Position numbers and translations under genes: made by a program. Shown here piece after piece: positions 12,068 through 25,300 of a stretch of DNA of 64,000 bases. Position 1 is the stretch's first letter, and every line of letters starts with the position of its first letter. The DNA is taken from contig CAUYUJ010000259.1 in the NCBI GenBank assembly GCA_963575745.1, positions 186,001 through 250,000 on the forward strand, read 5' to 3'. The DNA comes from Prorocentrum cordatum (lineage: Eukaryota). The notes beneath the pieces are model-generated. The model did not search any database and was not told the DNA's origin. It was given only the letters and a program-made list of their open reading frames with translations.

Positions 12068-13029
12068 ATGATCGGCGCAGTGTTTCCGTCAAGGTTTGCA
12101 CGCAGGGCCTTGCGGGTGCTTGTATTCTGCTTGTGCGGCCTGCGGGGAGCTGGAGCTCTTGCATCCAGTCTGAGGAGCAGCAGTGCAGGATCGTACAACA
12201 CATACTGCCGGGCCATTGGCGACAATGGGCTCGCGGTCGAGTGCCCCGTGAAGGATGTCCAGTCTTGTCCGAACAGCACCAGCAAGCGCTTGCCAGCGGC
12301 GTCCGCACCTGTGAAGATGCTCTCCCAGGCATGTCTGAATGACGTGGGTCACGGCAGTTGGCAGAAATCTGGACGCAATTTTGAAATTGATTCGTTGGGC
12401 GCTCGCAAGCGCTACGCAGGGCCAAGCTTTTATTTTGGCCCCCCGAGCGTTTGTTTGAAGAAGTCAGGTGCCATGGTGGACCGTCCGCATTCCAAGGCTT
12501 GGGACTGGGACGTTGCGCGTGAGCAAGACTCTGACGTCATATGGAAGTATCATGCAGGGAGGGCTGGCTGTCCACAGTACGAATGGTATCAGCGGGACGT
12601 TGCGGCGTCTTGTTTGTCCAACACTTGGGTGGCGTTCTGGGGCGATTCTACTACGCGCCTTGTTTTCTCAGCTTTGGTTGATTTTCTGGGTGATGGCATC
12701 GAAGACAAGAGCTTCCCTACCCACGACTTCACTTACAAATATCATGTGAACCATCTAGATAACTGCGGAGCAGGCTACATGGGAATTGGTCGCTGTCATC
12801 TGCTTGTGCACTTTCCGGAGCGGAACACAATACTGACGTTCAATTTTGTGGAGGAGAGCATACGAAGCCGGACGAAGTTCCCAGACATTTGGGCAAATCT
12901 GAGGCACCAGAGGCAACTGTTTCATGGCATTCCTTTCCCCAAGAGGCTTCCCGACATTGTGATCATGAACAACGGCCCCTGGGAGTACTACAGCCAGGAA
13001 GAGCGAAGACACATACACAGCACCACCGA
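12068..13029 (+). CDS. PC-esterase gene exon 1 (signal peptide + GDS motif)
   Basis: Only long, complex, non-repetitive ORF in the window (327 aa). Donor position is ambiguous (GA|GC at 13002 or 13029). Confidence 0.85.
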
Positions 13030-16000
13030 GCCTTCGCTCGGACGGGGCTAGGACGGGGATAGATCCGTTCCAGAGAGTTCCGGAACGCTCTGAGAGAGTT
13101 CTGGAACGTTCTGAGAAGGCCGTGGCGTTCGAGACGTCCTCCAGAGCCGCTGGATCTGAGAGATTCGCGATGTATTCTCGCCCGATGTTATTCTCGTCCT
13201 GGCTTCATCTTACACGCGGGCTCGTTCGCGGCCCCATCCCCGCCTGGCCCAGAGGGCCGCCCTCCTCCCCCTCCCCTTCCCTGCCTCCTGCTCCCTCCTG
13301 CCTCCTGCTCCCTCCTCCCTCCCTCCCTCCCCCCCTCCTCCCTCCCTCCCTCCTTCCTTTCCTGCCTCCCCCCCTCCCTCCTTCCCTCCCCGGCCTCCCC
13401 CTCCCCTCCCTCCATCCCTCCTCCCCTCCTCCCTTCCTGCCTCCCCTCCCTCCCTCCCTCCCTCCCTCCCTCGGCGACGACATTCGAACACCACCCTCGC
13501 CGATCCACGATTCCGACAAATCGATGGGAAGGAGGGGCAGATCTCGGAGTTCGTCGAGCCCGTGGGGGACTCCGAGCCCTGCCCCCGCGAGGAGGAGGAG
13601 GAGGAGGAGGAGGAGGAGGAGGAGGAGGAGGATAAGGCGGAGGCGGAGGCGGAGGAGGATGAGGAGGAGGAGGATCGATTCAAGAGGATCGATGGATGGC
13701 GGGGGATCGGGTTTGGATGTCGCCACCCACTCCCTCCTCTCGCCTGCGGTCTTCTGCCCCTGCTCCGCCCTGGCGCATCCTGGGCCTACAGCTGGCCTCA
13801 GCAGGCTCTCGAGCAAGAGCCCCCAAAAAGCACGATCGTGAGCTTTCGGAGCTCCACGCGGATTTCTTGGATCGGCGCTGGGCCCCCCCTCCTGGCGCGC
13901 GGGGAGCGCGCCAGGGGTCCAGCGCCAATCCGAGAAGCCCGCGCGGCGCTCCGAGAGTTAGTGATTGTGCAGTGTTCACTCTTTATTTTTGTTGATCTCC
14001 TGCGTTTTCTCCCCGACACCGGATCCTGGGCCCACCAGTCGGCCTGAGCCAGCCCGGTGGCCGTGCGTGTCTTCCCTGCTCCTGCCAGCTTTACCGGCAT
14101 CTCGTGGATGGGGAACGACGCCTACAGGGAGCGCTTCCGGCAGTGGATGGCGAAGGAGCCAGAAGCCTGGCGGCGGGCCCGCGTGCAGCTGGTCCGTGGG
14201 CCGAGGCCACGGCCACCATGAGGAGGAGGAGGAGGAGGAGTAGGAGGAGGAGTCAAGCTAGCCAGCTCGAGCGAGTCAAGCATGGCATGCCCAGTCCCAC
14301 CCGCCCTCCCACAACATAAGAAGCAAAGCTGGCACAACTGGGGGCCGAAGTCACACCGGCCAGCCGGTTTGGTACAGCTGATGCGGCCGCGATGGCGGTT
14401 GCCGACGGGAACTGGCGAGCGCGTGTTGAATGCCGCGCACGCATTGCCAGACGAGTCGAGAATGGCCCGGTACACCGCAGGAAGCCAGAGGTGGCCGGAG
14501 GAAGCCCGACGGTCTGACAGGACACCCCAAAGCATTTTTGTGAAAAAGCATTGGGTTTTTGATGTTTTTATGTTGAAATGCTTGCAAACACACGGTGTTC
14601 GGTAGGATTCTGACATGAACGCGCGAGTGTGCTCTTTGTGGTATTTTTTGCACAGGATTCGCGGCCTGGGTGCATGACAGAGCATCGCGAGTGCACCGCG
14701 CGATGACGTGAAATCGCTGGATTTGACAGAATTCTTAAGATTCCTATGGTTTTCCTATGATTTCAGCAAGAGAGCCCGGGCGGGAAATTTGTACAATTTT
14801 TGTGAAAAAGCATTGGGTTTTTGATGTTTTTATGTTGAAATGCTTGCAAACACACGGTGTTCGGTAGGATTCTGACATGAACGCGCGCGTGTGCTCTTTG
14901 TGGTATTTTTTGCAATGGATTATCGCCGTGGACGACAGGACGTCCATGTCGAGAGGAAAAAATAAGAAAAATGTTGATTTTGTATTGTTTTTTACAGGTT
15001 AGGATGGGACCACCCGGATGCGGCCCCTAATGGCCGGCCTGAGGGGGGAGTAGGAGTATATTCTAATAAGGAATAAGGATAGGAGTAGGAGGAAGGAGGA
15101 GGAGGAGAGGAGGAGGAGGAGGAGGAGGAGGAGGAGGAGGAGGAGGCGGAGGACAAATAATAAGCGAAACAAACATACACTTTAATCGGTCCGTGCGGAG
15201 TTCTTAGGTTGCGCTGGGACCCCCTGGCGGCGCATCTGGCGCCGTCCCAAGCGCTCCACGCGCCGCCAGGGGGGGGGGGGGGGCAAACTCAGATCCGAGA
15301 AATCCGCGAGGAACGTCACCAGTTTATGTTTATGCCGTTTGTTGTTCTTCTAGAGTCGGGTATAGCAAGGACCCCAGGTAAGGGGACCCGGTTAGTAGTA
15401 CGGCCTGGGAGCCCCTAGAATGGCCAGGATCGCTAAACCAGGTCTGCCGTTTAGCTGGCGTTTTTGTTCGGGGCACGGCAGTTCCGGTTAGTGGATCGGG
15501 GCGTGGTGGGCGTCCCCCCGTAAACATTCCCCAATCAGTGCTTGCACTGAAGGGGTCCTAGCGGGAGTTGAAAGATTCCGCCGATTTTGGTAGCAGGCTG
15601 GGTTCCCGGGTTCCTGGTTCCGTGTTCCCGGGTTCCTGGTTATTGGTTCCGGGTCGATTTCGGTGGGTTTTGGGTTCCGGGGTTCCCAGATTCCGGGTCG
15701 ATCATTTCTGCGAAAACCATATTTTGATTGGGGTTGTTCTTTCGTGTAATCGCTGAACCAGATCCCACTTAAATCCAGCTCTTCCAACGCCCGATATAGG
15801 AGGACCTCGTGGTTTTGACGTTGTTTTTTTTTTCACAGCGGGTGACCTTGCCTTGTCTCGGGACCCCGCGGCCCTCACAGATCGATCGTGCTCGAACCTG
15901 CCGCAGAAAGGTAGGGTCTGTGGCACCAGTGTTGAAATTCCCGAATGTCGCATTGTCTGGTTTTGGCTAAACATATAACATACATGCATGCACATCGCAA

Positions 16001-19000
16001 ACATGATTCATGTGTATGAAGAAAACACGCATATACGTATGTCTGATACTTATACATATATATATATACTTATATATATATAAATCATGGCCAGATCTCA
16101 GAGGCGGAGGGGGCAGAAGGATCCGTGAGGATCCGAGGCCGGAGGATCCAGGAGGAGGCAGGGTCCGGCCTCTCGGAGGGTCCTCTCGGAGGAGGAGGAG
16201 GGTCCTCTCCGAGGAGGAGGAGGAGCAGGAGGGTCCTCTCGGAGGAGGAGGAGCTGGAGGATAAGAGGCCTGGGCTCACGAGGAAGAGGTAGAATGAGAA
16301 GGAGGAGGAGGAGGAGGAGCCCTCCCCCTCCCTTTGAGCCTCCCCGCTTCGGATGCAACTCCTGGGAGGTCACATTCTGACGTTGCCCTGGTCCGAAGTC
16401 CGGCTTAAACTTGCCTGATGCCGCTAAGTTCAGTTGAATTCCGTTCAATCGTCTTATATCCAGTTTACTTTGATGATGTTCAATCCGCGGCCTAATCAGG
16501 CGTAGCAGTCCCCCAATGGGGCGTCATCCTCCTTTATAGTCCTTCCGACGAAGGCCTCTCAGCAAGTACCTCCTGACCCCCGGACCTGCCCCTCCCCCCC
16601 CCCCCTGGCCGAGCTGCCCAAGGGGTGTGCGGCGGGAGGCCCCTTCGACGGGGAGCAACCAACACACAAGCAGCCGCTTTTGCGGAGCTCCGCGCGGACT
16701 CCTCCGGTCGGCGCTGGCGCCCCCCCCCCGCGGGCGGCACTATCCCGACGCGCCGCCCCTCGACCTGCTCCGCGCGCCTTGGGGGCTGGGGGTGCAGCAG
16801 GACCGAGGTGGAAGATCGAGGGCGGTTCGGGGAGGGGGCCTTATTCAGAGTTTCCGAATCAGCGTCGGGGGAGCGTCACCCCCGCCGCCAGCCCCACATC
16901 GACCCCCGTCGCGGGGAGCCACCGAGCGCCGAAGGCGCTCCGACCCCCGTCGACGACGAGGCGAGGTTGACTCCCGTTGGATGGGTACCCCCCCCCCCCC
17001 GATTGAAAAACCCAGGGTCATGTTCTTCGTTCCTGTTGGGTGTTCTTGGTGGTCGTTTTCTTGCTCACTGTGTTGCCGACTAGCGCGGGTCCTCGCACCC
17101 CCTCCCCCCCACATGGAAGTCGATCTTTGCTGTTTTCGGCGCCTGTTTCCAGCAGGTGGAGTCTCCCCCGTAGGACGCACTGCTGCAGACAGTCGCAATA
17201 AGCAGAGGTCCAGAGGCAGACTCCCCCCCTTCCGCCCAATGTCGAAACGCAGGAAAAAAACGTTCACCTAGTGTCCTTAGTGTTTGTTGGCTGTTTTTGT
17301 GCATCCTGGGAAGGATATCTTTGGACTTATGTTGCTCCCATCGTACTTACGGACCACATCTCAGAAATAATTTCGAGCACCCAGAAAAGTATCGAAACAG
17401 TGTAGAACGAGTATCGCCTCCCAGTGCCCGACACGTGAAAACCATCAGACTTATGTATTTCCTTGGTGCTCGAAGTTCTTTCTGATGATCAAGGCTAAAG
17501 TAGGCTGGAACATCGTAACCTTGGATGTTCTGTGCGTTCTTGCCGGCGGAGGGTCTCGTGTTTTTGAGGGACGCTCTTCTTTCCCAGGCCCGACGGCGCG
17601 GCGCCGATCCAAGGGATCGCATGCGCGGATCGGGGGCGGATCCATGGCTGGCCACCGTCCCTGCCTGTGTGCCTTGTGCCGGACCAGCGTGTTTTCAGGA
17701 GGGAACAGCCACACAGACACGCAACTCATCGTCGATTCCCACGGAGGATAGAAGATATGGAAAGTGGAGGGGAAGGCGAATGTCCAGAACATGCATGGAT
17801 ACGATTGGGGGGTCCTGGGATGTGTGCCTATTGATTTGCGTGTCCCTGAGCCCCTTCAATTTGCGGAGGTGGTGTGCAAACACTGTGTCCCCAGGGTACG
17901 CCATGTTCATACACCATCCCCGCTCCGCGGCCCTGTGCCGCACCAGCTTGTTTGTGGGGGTTGCGTACACGAATCGCGCCTCCAGCGAAGCTTTAAGTCG
18001 GGCTTGTCCCTCTACAGGGGGAATATCCAATCATTGTTAAACATAGTCTGGGGACCACCTCTGTTTTTTTCGTAATGTTCTAACATGTTTTGAAATACTT
18101 TTGATGTTCCCTCCAAAATCCGCCTGCAGGAGGACATGCAGGACCTAAGCGAAGCTCCGAATGTTTCACTTCATGCGGCCGGCCCCCGGGAGCGCTCCCC
18201 TCGGGGGACCGGGCGGACTTCGGCAACGGCAACTTATCCGTGCACGAGGAGCTCCCCAGACTCATCCTGGTGGGCCTCGCGGCGCAGCGGCCGAGGGTTC
18301 CCCTGGGCGGCCTATAGGTGCGGAGGTCTTGGCTGAGGCCCCTAAACGGTGTGGTGACCACACCGCGTGGTGAATCGCCAACGTCGCCGATGCGTCGCCG
18401 TCGTCGCCGATGCAGATGCTGCATCGCCGATGCATCGGCGGTGCGGGGCGATCCTCCGACCCGATCAACGTACTCGGACCCCATTTGGGATGCCTCTGAC
18501 AGGCGGGGGGAGGATCGGGGGCCCCCAGGCGGTGTGGCCACTTCGCGTGGTGAGTCAGAGGGGGTTTGGGGTCGCCGCGCGGTTTTGGGATTTGGGCCGT
18601 TCTTTGAGGATGTCTCGGGCGACTGGGGCCTGCACTCCCCTGTGCGGGTCGTGCGTGGCGGGCCCCACCCCCCCAGTTAAGGTGCGCTCGCCTGATCCAG
18701 GCGCCGCCTCTCGAGGCGTTTTGGCGCCGCCGCGCCTCGCCACCACCGCTCAGCGAGCGCGTCGGGGAGGGGCCGTGCATGAGGTCCTTCGGGATCTCGA
18801 GGTCACCTGGCAGTCCGTCACCCCACGCAGTTGTAAGGGGAAACCCAGTCTGGCGGGGAGGGGCACCGTCTCTGGGGACTGGCGCCTCAGGGGCAACGGT
18901 ATGGGAGGAGGAGGAGGCGGAGGAGGAGGAGTTGGAGGAGGAGGAGGAATAGTGATTCGAGCGGCCGTGCCACAAGCCCGTGCTTTGCTCCACCGCGGCT

Positions 19001-19321
19001 ACTGAGCCAACGAGGACAGATCCGCGGTGTCTCGGTACGTGTCAGGAGGAGTAGGAAGGCTTAATCAGTTTTCATGGGCCTGTTTTCCACCACCACCACC
19101 ATAAGTTGGAGGGGGAACGAAGTGGAGGACGAGGAGGAGGACGAATAGGAGGAGGAGGAGGAGGAGGAGGAGGACGAGGAGGAGGACGAGGAGGAGGAGG
19201 AGGAGGGGAATGAGGACCCCCTTCCCCTCCTGCTTCTGGTGGTGGTGGTGGTGGAAAAGAAGCCAACCAAAAGATTCCTGGAGCAGAGCTTGCACTTAGT
19301 TGGGCTCCCGCTTACCTTCTG

Positions 19322-19352
<31 letters not shown>

Positions 19353-19353
19353 G

Positions 19354-19393
<40 letters not shown>

Positions 19394-22300
19394 AATCATC
19401 ATCATCATCATCATCATCGTCATCATCCTCATCATCATCATCATCGTCGTCGTCGTCGTCGTCATCGTCGTCGTCTGGCGGTGCGGGCGGCAATGCGGCC
19501 GCCCGTCGCCGCCCCCACCGCCGACGCCGGCTCCTCCGGGCAGCTGAGCGCCCGGGTTGCGGCTGTCGGGCGGGGCGTGTGGCCTCCTCCTCCTCCTCCT
19601 CCTCCTCCTCCTCCTCCTCCTCCTCTCCTCCTCCTCCTCTCCTCCTCCTCTCCTCCTCCTCCTCCTCCTCCTCTTCCTCCTCCTCCTCCTCCTCCTTCTC
19701 CTCCTGGGCCTTGGCTCGCATAGCACTGCGTTTCGCTGCAGTCGCAGTGCGCAGTGCTTTTTCCACGGCATCGCGCCGCGCTGCAATCGCCGTGCCTTGC
19801 ATTGCAATCCCACTGCAACGCATCGCTTCGCACGGCGCTGTGCTGCGCTGCCTGGCTTTGTGTGTCGTATTGCATTGTTGGGCATTGTTTTTTGCATTGT
19901 CTTGCATTGCGTTGCGCAGCTGTTCGTTGCCGGGCACCTCTTTGCATTGCGCTGTTTCGCGTTGCTCTGTGCTGGTTTGCACTGCTTTGAGTTGCTTTGT
20001 ATTGCGTTGCGTTTCTTTGCACTGCTTGACTGTTATTTGCCTTGTTGTTTCGTTGCTTTGCATGAATTGCACGTTTTTACCGCGTTGCTTTCCGGTGCAT
20101 TGCGTTACTTTGCATAGCCTTGCGTGTTTTGAATGCGTTGTATTGTTTTGTATTGCGTTGCACCTCTTTGCGATGCTTTGCGCTGCTTTACACGATCTTG
20201 CATTGGATTGTATTGCTTTGCGCCACATCGATTGTACCACTTGGGTTGCACCACCTAGATTGCGGCACGTTGAGTGCGCCACGCAGATCGCCCTGCACAT
20301 CATTGCTTGGGGTCCACGCTGGCTAACATTTGTTGTGTTTTGCGTGGTTTCGTGGGTTCCGAGAGGTTCTCCTGCCTCGGGATGCGCTCTGGCAGCTGCG
20401 CCTCGCCGAGGGCGTTCCCGGGGTGGCTGGGTCGTCCAGAACGGGCGTCGGAGAGCCGAGATATGGTTCGACGGCCAGGGGTTGCCGACAGGGGGGGTGG
20501 GGACTGGCCGAGAGGGGGAAGCGGTGGCGCCCAGACGCCCATTCATCGCCAGTCGGGGAGGCGCCCCCAGTGGCGGTGTACAGTCAACCCGCGTAGTAAG
20601 GATGTGAGGATTGGCAACCTTCCCAAGGGAACCCTTGCATCCTGGCCTCCTCGGCCCATCCGTGGCCAGTTTTGTCGGCCGCGCCCCGTTCGAACAACTT
20701 CGACGTGGCTTGACTGCATTGTCGGGTCCAGATCATCGGCCACTCCCCAGAGCCAGCCCCCCCCCATTCAGAGGTGGAGGAGAAGGGCTTCGCGCCGCAC
20801 CGTTCTCGGCGGCGCGAGCCATGGGGTGGGGTCTGGGGGGCGGCCTGCGAAGAAGGCGAGGTGCCTCCTTGGAGACAAGGGGCCTTGACAGAAGGGCCCT
20901 GGCGGTTCCAATGATGGGCCTGCCTTCCACCACCACCACCACCATGAATTGGAAGGGGGGAGGAGGTGGAGGACAAGGAGGAGGACGAAGAGGAGGAGGA
21001 GAAGGAGGAGGATGAGGAGGAGGACCCCCTCCCCCTCCTACTTCTGGTGGTGGCGGTTCAAAGCAAACCCACCATCCAAGGGGCTTCTCTGCAGCCGAGG
21101 CGGCTTCTCTGAAGGCCTCTGCCGCCTCTGCCTGCTCAGAAGGCCGCCCCCCTCGCGCCGCAACCGAACTTCCCGACAGTATGTCCAGGGACCGTGGCTG
21201 TCCAGTATGTGGCGGCCTCTTCCTGCATCCGACGCTGCATCGGCGCGGATTCGACGGACACTCGACGCGGGTAATTGGCGGCGCGATGGGGCGGATAGCG
21301 CTCCCCGAGAATGCAACATGACATGCGTGGGAGGAAAGGGGGGGGCGTGACGGAGAACGGGAGAGGGCGTGACGAATAACGGGAGAGGGCGTGACGGAGA
21401 ACGGGAGGTGCGTACACTTCGCAAGGAGGTTGGCCCCGCGTTGCCCTTCGAACGAGGGCACATCATGAAGATAAGCGTTCGGAAGGCTGCGCAGATCTTG
21501 TGGATTGGCGTTGGACCCTTTCTCTAGTGCGCGGAGCGGAACGTGCCAGGGGCGTCGCCGGTGGCGCCGTGAGGGGGTCCACGCGGACCTCTGACAGTTT
21601 AGGTGTCGTCCGTCATTCTTGTTGTACAGTCGGTTCGTGTCGGGTCGACGCGGCAGCGGGGGGCTTTCACGGTTGAACGCTCAGAATCGGTTAAAGATTT
21701 AGCGATCGAGGAAACCTTCAGATCGTTCAGTGCTGAACGACCGATCCACGTAGTGTAAGTCACCTGCGCTGGGATCGTCAGTGCATGGAGCTTCCGCATT
21801 CCTCCTCCCGCCCCTCCTTCTGTTCCGCCCCCCCCCCCTGTCTTCTCTCTTTCTCTCTCTCTCTCTCTATCTCTGTCTTGTCCTCGGTCCCCCTTCCTCC
21901 TCCTGTCTCCCCCTGCCTCTTCTCTCTCTCTCTCTCCTCCTGTGCTCTCTCATCTGCCGTCTTCTCTCCTCCGTCCTCCTCTTCCTCGTGTTCTCCCTTC
22001 CTCCTCGTTATCGTGCTTTCTTCCTCCCTGTGTGGAGGCCGCGGCTAGTTATGAAGAACACTGCTTGCACACAGGCACAGGGTAACTGCGAGGCGTCGTC
22101 GGTATCGTGCGTCGAGGCGATGGACAACGTGGACCGCCTGCAGCGAGAGGCGCCTCGTCCCATGCAGGAGGAGGCGGCTGAGGACTGGAGGACGCCAACT
22201 ATATATATATATATATATATATACATATGTACACACATTTCTACCCAGTTACCCCCGTGCTCCTCTCGTCGCGACAAGGATGCGCCGTGATGTTTGTGGC

Positions 22301-25300
22301 CGTCTTCGGCCCTCACGTGCCCTCGCGGGACCCTGGGACCTTGACGACCTCCACGGGGAGAGTTTCCGCGGCCCCAGGGAGCAGGCATTGGCTCGGTGTG
22401 TGTGTGTGTGTGTGCGCGCCTTGTCGGCCACGCCGGGAGGGTTTCGTGCACCCATCTTTAGCCCGGGGCAGGCACAGCCAGGACGGGCGCAGGTCTGACT
22501 GGGTGAAGAGCGGCACGACGTTGGTTATCGCTGTTTCGCGAGCGGGGACGCCTGTGCCGTGGTTGCGTGAAAGTCCATGTTCGCAGCCGCCCTTGAGAGC
22601 AAAGTCTTTTCCCACATGGCGGAAGAACGCTCTTCACCCGCACGTGTTCAGCTGACGTCCTCCCGGTGGAGTCAGGAGGCGGAGGAGGAGGAGGAACATC
22701 TTGACGCATTCGCCCCCTTCTGGGTCCTGCCGAGCGGCCGCCGCCGTCGTCGGCTGGGCCCGGGTAGAACATCTTGTTAAGAATGTGTTCCAGTACGCCA
22801 GGCTCGTGCCGTCTGGACGCGGCGGCGACTCCAGCGCGGGCGTTCAAGGTTGATCGCCGCCAGCGGCCCAGAATCGGCCGGCATGGAACGATCCGCGGTA
22901 TCGGACAGTCGCGATCGTTCAAGATTGAAGGATCCTCGAAGTGTCAGAAATCAATGCCTACGTCGCTACAACATGAAGTTGCCATGCAGGTTCAGGGGCG
23001 TGTGGATCAAGGCAAATGGCACGCTCTCGACCTTCATCCTGCAAGTTTACCTCTAAGAATGTGCCGGTATCAATCTTCAGCATTCGAATTTGAAACATTG
23101 CCAAACATAAACGTCCGCGCGGATTTCTTGTAGCGCCGCTGAGCCCCCACCTCCTTGGCGCGCGGAGCGCGCCAGGGACGGCGCCAGAAGCGCCGCTGGG
23201 GGAGTCCAGTGCCGATCCACGAAATCCGCGCAGATTTCCGAAAGTTGCTACTCGGGTTTTTTTTTGTCTGCTTGATGCCAGCATGGAGGTCTCGACGTCC
23301 AATCAGCCATCCTGGATGCCCTTTCTTCCATCTGGCCGACCTTCGGCTGACTTGAGCCCCCTGACACCTGCTCCTCTCCCTTCTCCTCCTCATCAGATGC
23401 CGCAGAAAAGCAGCATAAACACAAATGTTCGAGGGTCCGCGAGGATCTCTCGGGTCGGCGTTGGCACTCCTTGGTGTCGCCAGTGGCGCCGCCCCTGGCG
23501 CGCTCCGCGCGCCAGGGAGGGGTGTCCAGCTCCGATGCAAGAAACCCGCGCGGACCTCAGAACTTTTTAATTGGCGCAGTGTTCTCTTCTTCCATTCCCC
23601 CCCTGCCTCCTCATGTCACTGCTACTCCCCCTCCCTTCCCTCGTTGTCTGTTGCGGCAGGTGATCGCCGATCTGCCGGCACACCTCAAGGAGGGAGTGCG
23701 CTACCTGGACGGCCAGTATTCGAGGAGCCCCCTTCAGGGGTGCCTCCCTCCTCCACCCTCCCTCCCTCTCCATCTCTCCTGATTCTCCCCCTTCATCACC
23801 CTGCCGCCAAAGACGCTGACATTAGGACCGTGTTGGGCTCAGGAGGGGCCTCGGGTTGTCGGGCCGCTCCGTAGGATTACGTCGTGGAGCCTGTCTGTGG
23901 CATACTCTTTCCGTGCCCAGAAATGCCCCTTGGTTCCTTTTATTTCGCGTTCCTTGTGGTAGCTGTACCGTTCTCCACACATGAGCGACGTAAACAAGGT
24001 CGTCTCCACCGACACTGTTGCGTAAGCCTCCCGCGTACGGTCGCGCGTAAACGCCCTCTGGTTCCCCAAGCTATGTGCCGCGTTGGCGGCCCGCGTAAAC
24101 CGGGGCGTACGGTCGCTATGCCATCTCGCGTAAGACCCGTGTTTGATCGTCGCTCATTTGGTGTTTCATCCCAGGCGCTATGATGTTCCAACCTACTTCA
24201 GCCTCGATCACAAGAAAGAATTCCGATCACCAGAACAGTACCGAAACTGAAGGGTTTTCACGTGTCGGGCCCTTGGAGGCGATACTCGCTCGACACTGTT
24301 TCTATACTTTTCTGGCTGCTCGAAATATGTTCTGGGATATGGTCCTTACGTGCGATGGAAGCAAAATAACCCAGGCGGAGCGTCTCTCCCTCGGAATGGG
24401 AACGAGGGAGAGTACTTCCGTCCCGACGGCTCGCCGCTAGGGGTGCGCCGCCCCCGCTTGTCTGAGCAGCCTGCCACTCTTCAGGGGCCGCCGGCCTTAC
24501 CGAGGCGCCTCGCAACGACGACGAACGGATAAAGATGTCCAGCAACACGAGGAATAGCAAAGTGCAGGTGATCGCGCGACGAAGTTCGAACCGATTCGAG
24601 GTCGCGCGTTGGATGGTTGGCGACGCCTTCGTCACTTGAGGGGGCGGTGGGTTTGGGCGAAGCGCCGCGGCCCCCACTCGGAAACACAAAATCTACGTCT
24701 AACCCCCCTGTCGGAAATGCCAAATCAACATCTAGCGATTTCTGGCCCCTCCCCTCAGGTTCAGGAACAGCCCGACTATCGGAAGAGTACCCTTGCACTC
24801 TTCGTGCTGGGGCCCTGTGCGCCGCGTATGGCTGATCGTTTTGGGTACTCTGACCCTGGGTCAAGGGGGGGCCGCATCTTCGCGCTGGCGCCATGCACGG
24901 CTGGATCGCAGCTTGTGGAGCACAGCATCAGGGACGCCTGCATGCGCTGCGCCTCGCCGAAGGGGGTGGTGTGCGCGATCGCGCTGTGGCCGAGGAGCAG
25001 CTGACCCGTCTTGGTCCACCTGCCGTCGTGGCGCGGCTCGGGCTCGGGCTCTCGCTCGGGCTTGGGCTCGGGTGCGGGCGCGGGCTCGGGATCGGGCTAC
25101 GAAGCCAGAGTGCAAGAAACCCAGCTGTTCGTCGTGGCCGTCGCACATCTTGACGTCTGCTCTCGTGGAGGAGGAGGAGGAGGAGGAGGAGGAGCAGGAC
25201 TCCAAGCCAACCTCTTATCCGCGTCCGGCGCTCTAAATCCACGGTACTTCTCACCCGGGAACCCCCAAGGGCCGTCCCGCGCGCGCGATCTCGCAATATT

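Larger units (their letters stand above)
16554..21430 (+). other. Chain of exon-like fragments nested in intron 2 of the PC-esterase gene
   Basis: Segments 16554-16582, ~16733-16800, 18249-~18295, 18770-18801, 19015-19034, 21081-21114 and 21408-~21428. Most have high GC3 and AG|G / G|GN borders, and the last four join in phase. Two junctions lack clean sites. Confidence 0.3.

Noticed and set aside
17993..18148. Family A as a piggyBac (TTAA) or Tc1/mariner (TA) element
   Set aside because: TTAA/CTAA belong to the TIRs; distinct 8-bp duplications lie outside them in most copies.
19296..20607. 416-aa and 342-aa Cys/Ala/Gln-rich ORFs
   Set aside because: Degenerate pentamer repeat and microsatellites, open on both strands.
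24870..25010. Coding-looking stretch in intron 4 of the PC-esterase gene
   Set aside because: Plausible in several frames and on both strands; no consistent splice partners found.
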